A DNA stretch of 62,922 bases, the filler included, from Octopus bimaculoides (lineage: Eukaryota): the NCBI RefSeq assembly GCF_001194135.2. It is 6 parts of 6 records of this genome, joined end to end, with 100 filler letters (N's around TTAATTAATTAA, not from the genome) between each part and the next. Parts side by side here need not be neighbours in the genome. Positions count along the whole stretch, not along the records: positions 47,888 to 61,584 come from NC_069008.1; positions 61,685 to 62,922 come from NW_026382878.1; 4 more parts are not named here. One strand, given 5' to 3'. Of the stretch, positions 52,487 to 62,922 are shown one piece after another (the first letter of the stretch is position 1; each line of letters starts with the position of its first letter). The notes below the pieces were generated by a model, which had not been told where the DNA came from, made no database searches, and saw only the letters and a list, made by a program, of their open reading frames with translations. The position numbers and the translations under genes were made by a program.

Positions 52487-52529
52487 CATGTTATCACATT
52501 AATATCTCTTCTTTCTTGGGTGAATACAG
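52487..52529 (-). pseudogene. Decayed C2H2 finger linker relic downstream of the left ZNF
   Basis: tgtattcacccaagaaagaagagatattaatgtgata aligns at roughly 75-80% to cgtattcacacaggagagaagccatatcactgtgata; contains a stop. Confidence 0.55.
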
Positions 52530-53065
52530 TTATGGTTATACAAGTTATTTATTGCATCGGATGAATTTTGACAAACATNNNNNNNNNNNNNNNNNNNNNN
52601 NNNNNNNNNNNNNNNNNNNNNNNNNNNNNNNNNNNNNNNNNNNNNNNNNNNNNNNNNNNNNNNNNNNNNNNNNNNNNNNNNNNNNNNNNNNNNNNNNNNN
52701 NNNNNNNNNNNNNNNNNNNNNNNNNNNNNNNNNNNNNNNNNNNNNNNNNNNNNNNNNNNNNNNNNNNNNNNNNNNNNNNNNNNNNNNNNNNNNNNNNNNN
52801 NNNNNNNNNNNNNNNNNNNNNNNNNNNNNNNNNNNNNNNNNNNNNNNNNNNNNNNNNNNNNNNNNNNNNNNNNNNNNNNNNNNNNNNNNNNNNNNNNNNN
52901 NNNNNNNNNNNNNNNNNNNNNNNNNNNNNNNNNNNNNNNNNNNNNNNNNNNNNNNNNNNNNNNNNNNNNNNNNNNNNNNNNNNNNNNNNNNNNNNNNNNN
53001 NNNNNNNNNNNNNNNNNNNNNNNNNNNNNNNNNNNNNNNNNNNNNNNNNNNNNNNNNNNNNNNNN

Positions 53066-54616
<1,551 letters not shown>

Positions 54617-54724
54617 GGCTGTTTATGGAAGACCAGTAGTCGCCCATGCATACCAGCCTCCTCTCTCCACGCCACCGATGCTATCCAATTTTGGCATAAG
54701 GCCAGCAATTTTGGTGTTCAGGTT

Positions 54725-54948
54725 GGCGGACGTCGAACTTAAGAAGCATCAAGTTGGAATTACTCCGTTTTGATGGGGACCTGTCAGATTTTTTTCACGG
54801 TGCCCTTGGAAAAGCTCTCGGGGGGAAAAAAATTGCGGAAAATGATGGTTTCGTAATTTTACGCATTTTTTTTTTCTTTTTGCTATTAACTCCCCGTCAA
54901 AATAGAAAAAATCAAACTTGTTGGCGCTTCATAAGTCTGACTTCCGAC
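54725..54948. mobile_element. MITE with ~55-bp imperfect TIRs nested in a minus-strand family D SINE; homologous copy at 58074-58311
   Basis: ggcggacgtcgaacttaagaagcatcaagttgg...ttttgatgggga versus tccccgtcaaaa...aacttgttggcgcttcataagtctgacttccgac; host SINE resumes at gagggggtaag. Confidence 0.65.
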
Positions 54949-55032
54949 GAGGGGGTAAGTTGTTTATTTAGACCTCCAGTGATCAACTGGTATTTATCTT
55001 AATTGATCCCAAGAGGATAAAGCTGACTTCAA

Positions 55033-55879
55033 TAGAATTTGAAACCAATATCTATTTACTGTTAAACATGCTCAACTTCCTAGAAATGGCAGTCAAATCT
55101 CCTTCAAATTACTTAATACCGTCTACAAAACGAAACATTGGTCTCATATAGACAAAAACAAGATCGTAATTACGCTAACTTTGATCATGTCAGCACGACT
55201 AGGTTAACACAGGTAATTTACTATATAATAATCGATATAATTAATCTAACTTCGGATAATTTAGGAGCATGGTGAATATTATTTTATTTTGTCTATACAA
55301 TAGTCATAATAAATATGCAAAACACAAAATAATATAATCATATTATCCAAATTATACAGTGAGGTAATAATAATTCATCACACTGCTGTGGAGCAGTAGC
55401 TGTAGTAAATAGTAAGTTCCCTGGATATTATTGTCTCAATGACTGGTAAAGCCCGTTATTAGGTTTCCATAGCAAGACCGAAGTTACGTTTCCCCTGAAC
55501 CAGAAACCACTCCGTCGCAACAATATAATTCTACATCATGAAAATTAATTCCAATATTTATTATTAGTCTGTCATAATTTCACCCTCTTTGCAATCGAAT
55601 TTCGGCCAGCTTTTTGAGAAATCAACTGTTTTCAGCTGTCGTTTCCTTCAGGCTCTCTACATTCTAAGTTCAAATCCCGCCGAGGCCAACTTTGTTTTCC
55701 ATCCTTGCGAAGTCGATAAAACAAAACCCAATAATTTCTAGTGTCAATGGTATCAACTGATTCCCCATACCCTGAAAATTACTGACCTTGTTCCTAAATC
55801 AGAAATCATTATTAAATGCAATAAAATTCATTCTGATGTACCTGGAGCAGCTTTCTCCGAAGAATCACATCTGCGGGTG
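55033..55879. repeat. Inner left arm of the inverted duplication; pairs with 57132-58039
   Basis: 55623-55878 = rc of 57132-57387; 55073-55458 = rc of 57398-57783; 55033-55080 = rc of about 57995-58039. Confidence 0.9.
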
Positions 55880-56187
55880 NNNNNNNNNNNNNNNNNNNNN
55901 NNNNNNNNNNNNNNNNNNNNNNNNNNNNNNNNNNNNNNNNNNNNNNNNNNNNNNNNNNNNNNNNNNNNNNNNNNNNNNNNNNNNNNNNNNNNNNNNNNNN
56001 NNNNNNNNNNNNNNNNNNNNNNNNNNNNNNNNNNNNNNNNNNNNNNNNNNNNNNNNNNNNNNNNNNNNNNNNNNNNNNNNNNNNNNNNNNNNNNNNNNNN
56101 NNNNNNNNNNNNNNNNNNNNNNNNNNNNNNNNNNNNNNNNNNNNNNNNNNNNNNNNNNNNNNNNNNNNNNNNNNNNNNNNNNNNNNN

Positions 56188-56865
56188 GGTTAACACAGGT
56201 AATTTACTATATAATAATCGATATAATTAATCTAACTTCGGATAATTTAGGAGCATGGTGAATATTATTTTATTTTGTCTATACAATAGTCATAATAAAT
56301 ATGCAAAACACAAAATAATATAATCATATTATCCAAATTATACAGTGAGGTAATAATAATTCATCACACTGCTGTGGAGCAGTAGCTGTAGTAAATAGTA
56401 AGTTCCCTGGATATTATTGTCTCAATGACTGGTAAAGCCCGTTATTAGGTTTCCATAGCAAGACCGAAGTTACGTTTCCCCTGAACCAGAAACCACTCCG
56501 TCGCAACAATATAATTCTACATCATGAAAATTAATTCCAATATTTATTATTAGTCTGTCATAATTTCACCCTCTTTGCAATCGAATTTCGGCCAGCTTTT
56601 TGAGAAATCAACTGTTTTCAGCTGTCGTTTCCTTCAGGCTCTCTACATTCTAAGTTCAAATCCCGCCGAGGCCAACTTTGTTTTCCATCCTTGCGAAGTC
56701 GATAAAACAAAACCCAATAATTTCTAGTGTCAATGGTATCAACTGATTCCCCATACCCTGAAAATTACTGACCTTGTTCCTAAATCAGAAATCATTATTA
56801 AATGCAATAAAATTCATTCTGATGTACCTGGAGCAGCTTTCTCCGAAGAATCACATCTGCGGGTG
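56188..56865 (+). repeat. Apparently identical direct copy of 55202-55879 across an N gap (probable assembly overlap)
   Basis: 678 bp, no difference seen, directly flanking gap 55880-56187. Confidence 0.85.
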
Positions 56866-57784
56866 ACATCTTAGTCTTAAGCAATGTAATACGGCGATCG
56901 TGATTAGTCAATTGCTTTGTCGGACACATCGTATTCCTATAACGATTCTATTCATTGGCTAAACGTGACTTCTACTAAAATGTGGAAGTTAAGAAATGAT
57001 AGATTTTTTTTCTTTTCAGAGTTTAATGCAAAACTTTTATCGAAAAGGATAATCATTATATATCACTTATTTCAGTCATCAGACAGCGGCCCTGCGGAAC
57101 ACCGCCTTGAAAGGCTTAATAGAACAAATCGACCCGCAGATGTGATTCTTCGGAGAAAGCTGCTCCAGGTACATCAGAATGAATTTTATTGCATTTAATA
57201 ATGATTTCTGATTTAGGAACAAGGTCAGTAATTTTCAGGGTATGGGGAATCAGTTGATACCATTGACACTAGAAATTATTGGGTTTTGTTTTATCGACTT
57301 CGCAAGGATGGAAAACAAAGTTGGCCTCGGCGGGATTTGAACTTAGAATGTAGAGAGCCTGAAGGAAACGACAGCTGAAAACAGTTGNNNNNNNNNNTAA
57401 CGGGCTTTACCAGTCATTGAGACAATAATATCCAGGGAACTTACTATTTACTACAGCTACTGCTCCACAGCAGTGTGATGAATTATTATTACCTCACTGT
57501 ATAATTTGGATAATATGATTATATTATTTTGTGTTTTGCATATTTATTATGACTATTGTATAGACAAAATAAAATAATATTCACCATGCTCCTAAATTAT
57601 CCGAAGTTAGATTAATTATATCGATTATTATATAGTAAATTACCTGTGTTAACTTAGTCGTGCTGACATGATCAAAGTTAGCGTAATTACGATCTTGTTT
57701 TTTGTCTATATAAGATCAATGTTTCGTTTTGTAGACGGTATTAAGTAAGTTGAAGGAGATTTGACTGCCATTTCTAGGAAGTTA

Positions 57785-57994
57785 GGATCCTTTCCTTTTG
57801 GCCGGCACATAGAAAAAATAATTTTTTGTAATTAAACACTTTCAAATATCGAAATACGACAACTTTAACACGAAATATAAAGAACTTCGAAAATAAAGAA
57901 TTTTCTTAAAAACGCCAAGAGTAAATACGAAATTTGAAAGTGTTTAGTTACAAAAAATTATTTTTTCTATGTGCCGGCCAAAAGGAAAAGATCC
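57785..57994. mobile_element. 210-bp MITE with ~63-bp TIRs and 8-bp TSD
   Basis: ggatcctttccttttggccggcacatagaaaaaata... mirrored at the right end with 2 mismatches; flanks ggaagtta / ggaatttg; empty site caacttcc (rc ggaagttg) at 55073-55080. Confidence 0.85.
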
Positions 57995-58073
57995 GGAATT
58001 TGAGCATGTTTAACAGTAAATAAATATTGGTTTCAAATTTTGGCATAAAGCCAGCAATTTTGGTGTTCTGGGT

Positions 58074-58311
58074 GGCAGACGTCGAACTTACGAAGCATCA
58101 AGTTGGAATTACTCCGTTTTGATGGGGACTTTTGGAAAAGTGCGAAAAATGATGGTTTTGTCATTTTACGCAATTTTATTATTATTTTTTTTTTTTGCCA
58201 TTAAGCTAGCTTAATGGCAAAAAGGGCACGGCAAAAAAACAAAACCTGAAAACTCCCCGTCAAAACTGAGACAATCCAACTTGTTGACGCTTCATAAGTC
58301 TGATATCCGAC
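58074..58311. mobile_element. Second copy of the MITE at 54725-54948, with an internal 32-bp perfect palindrome
   Basis: Same TIRs and same insertion site in the family D SINE; tttttgccattaagct|agcttaatggcaaaaa at 58192-58223. Confidence 0.65.
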
Positions 58312-58465
58312 GAGGGGGTAAGTCTTCCAGTGCTCAACTCGCATTTATCTTAATTGATCCAAAAAGGATAAAGCTGACTTCAATTGAAATGCCAAGCATT
58401 TTGCTTGGCATGCTAACAATTCTGCCCATCGCCACCTTATGATAAATAAGCTTTATAACACAAAC

Positions 58466-58689
58466 CAGTGGTTCTCAACCATTTCTCTTTTACCTATGGT
58501 TCTCTTTGATTCCTGTTTTATTCAGGTGGATCCCCATAGCCATTCAATGTTTTAAAAAATCATATTTTTATAATTACATATTAGGAATCGGATAAGAAAG
58601 AAAGTTAAAAATAATTTGTGTATTGTGGAAGTATAATCAATTTATTGCTCATAAACTTTATCAATGAAATCTTATGTTAAGAACTACTC
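58466..58689. mobile_element. Possible hAT-type MITE
   Basis: cagtggttctcaacc start and degenerate gttaagaactactc end; TSD weak (5/8). Confidence 0.4.
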
Positions 58690-59813
58690 AGGTAAACCAA
58701 CTGTAATAACTATTTAAGGAAAAAGCAACAAAACAAAATTTCTCTGTAATGGTAACCAGTAATATTCTATGGCTGGTAGGATTGGAAGGTCTTCGTTAAA
58801 GTTTGTGATGTATATTGTAAAATTAATAACATTCCGAAAGGGAAAACAGTTATGATTTATGAAACTTAATTATAAAGCTTAATTCACCATCAAACTAATC
58901 AGAATCTGAGATTCTTATTCTTTCCCTCTTTTCATTTAAGTAAACAACTTCTTTAATTACTACAATCAGATTTATTTTGCATGTCTGTTCTTTGTGATAT
59001 GAAAACATAGCCTGAGAATTTCATCTGCCTGGTGTCCTTCTTTATTGAAGACATATTTAATTACTGTGTAACACGATTTTTGTCCTTGGATAGTAACAGG
59101 TTATTTCCTATTTACTTACCCCTAGAAAGTATGAAAAATGGCTAAAAATATCTTTCAAACTTTGGTTTAAACCCCAAAGAGTTCCTCTCTCAACACATAG
59201 CTATGATGCTCCCCCCTATTACTCCTGCTCATTATCAGAGGTGCACATACTGTCAGCCACTAAGGGATATGCTCAAGGGGTTAAGGTCAAGCAACTGACA
59301 TTATCAGATCTGTGGTATTGAGCAAAATATTTGCTGTAATGATATTTCTGCTTCAGTAACACGGCACTGAATCTGTCTGAAATGTAATGGAAAAAATAGG
59401 TCAGTTTCAAAACATTGATATCCATATGACAAAAGCAAAGTTTAGAAGGGGACGGTAGTGATTTCCTTTGATTTCTAGATGAAAGCAAATAAAAAGTAAC
59501 ACTGACCAAAGACAAAAAGAAAAATTTTGTTACACAGTGTTATTCATTTAACATCTATAGCAGATGTTAGGAATGACCATTAATGGCTGGCACTTTTTAC
59601 AAATTTCTGATACTAGATGCTTGCCATCAGCTGTTCTTATCACCTTTCAGATGGTGTACAATTTCAGCAAGGCAAGAAAGGTTTTTTTTAAACATTTAAC
59701 AGTTGTAATGGAAAACAAGTCACTTTTCATCAATTCAGCCATCATTATTCACTGAAGTGAATTTATATAACATTTTATTAATGTTGTTTGTCGTTATTCA
59801 TTAATATTTCTTT

Positions 59814-61584
<1,771 letters not shown>

Positions 61585-61811
61585 NNNNNNNNNNNNNNNN
61601 NNNNNNNNNNNNNNNNNNNNNNNNNNNNTTAATTAATTAANNNNNNNNNNNNNNNNNNNNNNNNNNNNNNNNNNNNNNNNNNNNATATATATATATATAT
61701 ACATATATATAAATATATATATACATATATATATGGATATATATATATATATAAATATATATATATATATGTATATAAATATATTTATTTATATATAAAT
61801 ATATATATATA

Positions 61812-62922
61812 CCGAAGGGGTAAATAAATATTCGTACATGCCAAAATTCTTCATTTATTTAATTTCTAATGAACATAAATGTGATATACCATTTGCATAC
61901 ACATACATAAACTAAGAGTATGCAAAAGAAACTAATAAATTATAGTAACTAATATATATATATAAATATTTAGAGGTGAAAAATGTGCTCGTACAGAACA
62001 TAAATAACTGATAATTCTGATTTGATACTTCGTAGCATAACCATTATTCATTTCCACTTCAACCAATCTCTTCTTGTAGTTTTTAATCAATGACTCGCAT
62101 GTTTCTTTAGGAATTTTTTCCCATTCTTCTTGATAAATTTTCTTCAAATCTGGAATGCACATTGGGGCACTTGAATGGATTTTAATTTTCAAATAATGCC
62201 ACAAATTTTCAATGGGGTTCAAGTCAGGTGACTGGCATGGCCATTCTAATAATTTTATATTGTGATTGACAATTCATTCTTGGTAGACTTCGCCGTGTGC
62301 TTAGGGTCGTTATCGTTGTAAAACCCACTCTTCACAAAGCTGGAGCTTTTCTACAGAGTCCCATAAATTATTGTTCAAAATATTTTGGTACATCTCTGCA
62401 TTTATTCTACCATCTATCACATGTAAATTGCCAGTGCCATTTGCAGAGAAACACCCCTACACAATGATGTTGCCACCTCCAAACTTTACAATAGGAATCG
62501 TGTTTTTCGGTGAATAGGTGGTACCATCTTTCCTCCAAAGATAGCTGCATGAATTTCGTCCAAACAATTCAATTTACGACTCATCTGTCCAAAGAACATT
62601 TTCCCAGAATGTATCAGATTTATCTTTATGTTCATAAACAAATTTTAAACGGGCATCTCTATGCCTTTTAGTCAACAGTGGAGTTTTTCTAGGAGAGCAT
62701 GACTTCAGTTCATTCCTATGAAGTTCATTGCTGATTGTTCATAGTGTAACACTAGTCCCTGAAGCTAACAAATCTTCTTCCAACTCCTTTCTGATGATCA
62801 TTGCATTTTTTTCAATTCTTCGCTTCATTTTTCTTAAAGATCTAGGAGAAATCTTACGTGGTGCATTGGATTTTATTCTATTTTCAACAGTTCCCGATTT
62901 TTTATATCTTTGAATAAATGAA
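61812..62922 (-). mobile_element. Tc1-family (DD34E) DNA transposon, inactivated; runs off the window end
   Basis: TA (61810-61811) then TIR ccgaaggggtaaataaatattcg; minus strand gives PRKTPLL..H..ARLKF, WTDES*IELFG, VKFGGGNIIV*GCFS, DNDPKHT...WPCQSPDLNPIENLW, GYATKY; stops at 62574-62576 and 62457-62459 plus frameshifts near the second Asp. Confidence 0.92.

Noticed and set aside
52549-52578. C-terminus MFVKIHPMQ of the 460-aa ORF
   Set aside because: Joined to the ZNF only through 487 N; the real stop probably lies in the gap
55463-55476. RFX X-box-like gtttccatagcaag in the inner arm
   Set aside because: Single imperfect short motif without supporting context
55202-56865. 678-bp direct tandem duplication
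   Set aside because: Apparently identical copies on either side of an N gap, the usual signature of unmerged contig overlap; treated as an artefact until long reads say otherwise

Overview
AT-rich eukaryotic genomic DNA from a gapped draft assembly. It is most likely Octopus (inference from the HTGEKPY-type C2H2 zinc-finger arrays, the abundant tRNA-derived SINE families and the very high microsatellite load). Five artificial 44N-TTAATTAATTAA-44N joiners split the window into six scaffold pieces whose relative order and orientation are unverified. About the first 52 kb shows no supportable protein-coding gene: it is microsatellites, several SINE families (labelled A-E here, window-local names), LINE/RTE fossils, MITEs and Penelope-like fragments carrying minimal hammerhead-ribozyme motifs. 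The last ~10 kb holds the only real genes: two tandem-array C2H2 ZNF paralogs facing away from each other (53066-53931 minus, 60739-61584 plus, both running into gaps) on the outer arms of a ~8.5 kb nested inverted duplication with a 266-bp spacer. The paralogs differ only at recognition-helix residues and by one finger unit, and their identity is patchy. A dead Tc1 (DD34E) transposon runs off the right end. Nearly all ORFs in the supplied track are microsatellite or N-gap artefacts. Alignments and counts were done by eye, and repeat boundaries are approximate (about +/-10 bp) unless TSDs or TIRs are quoted.
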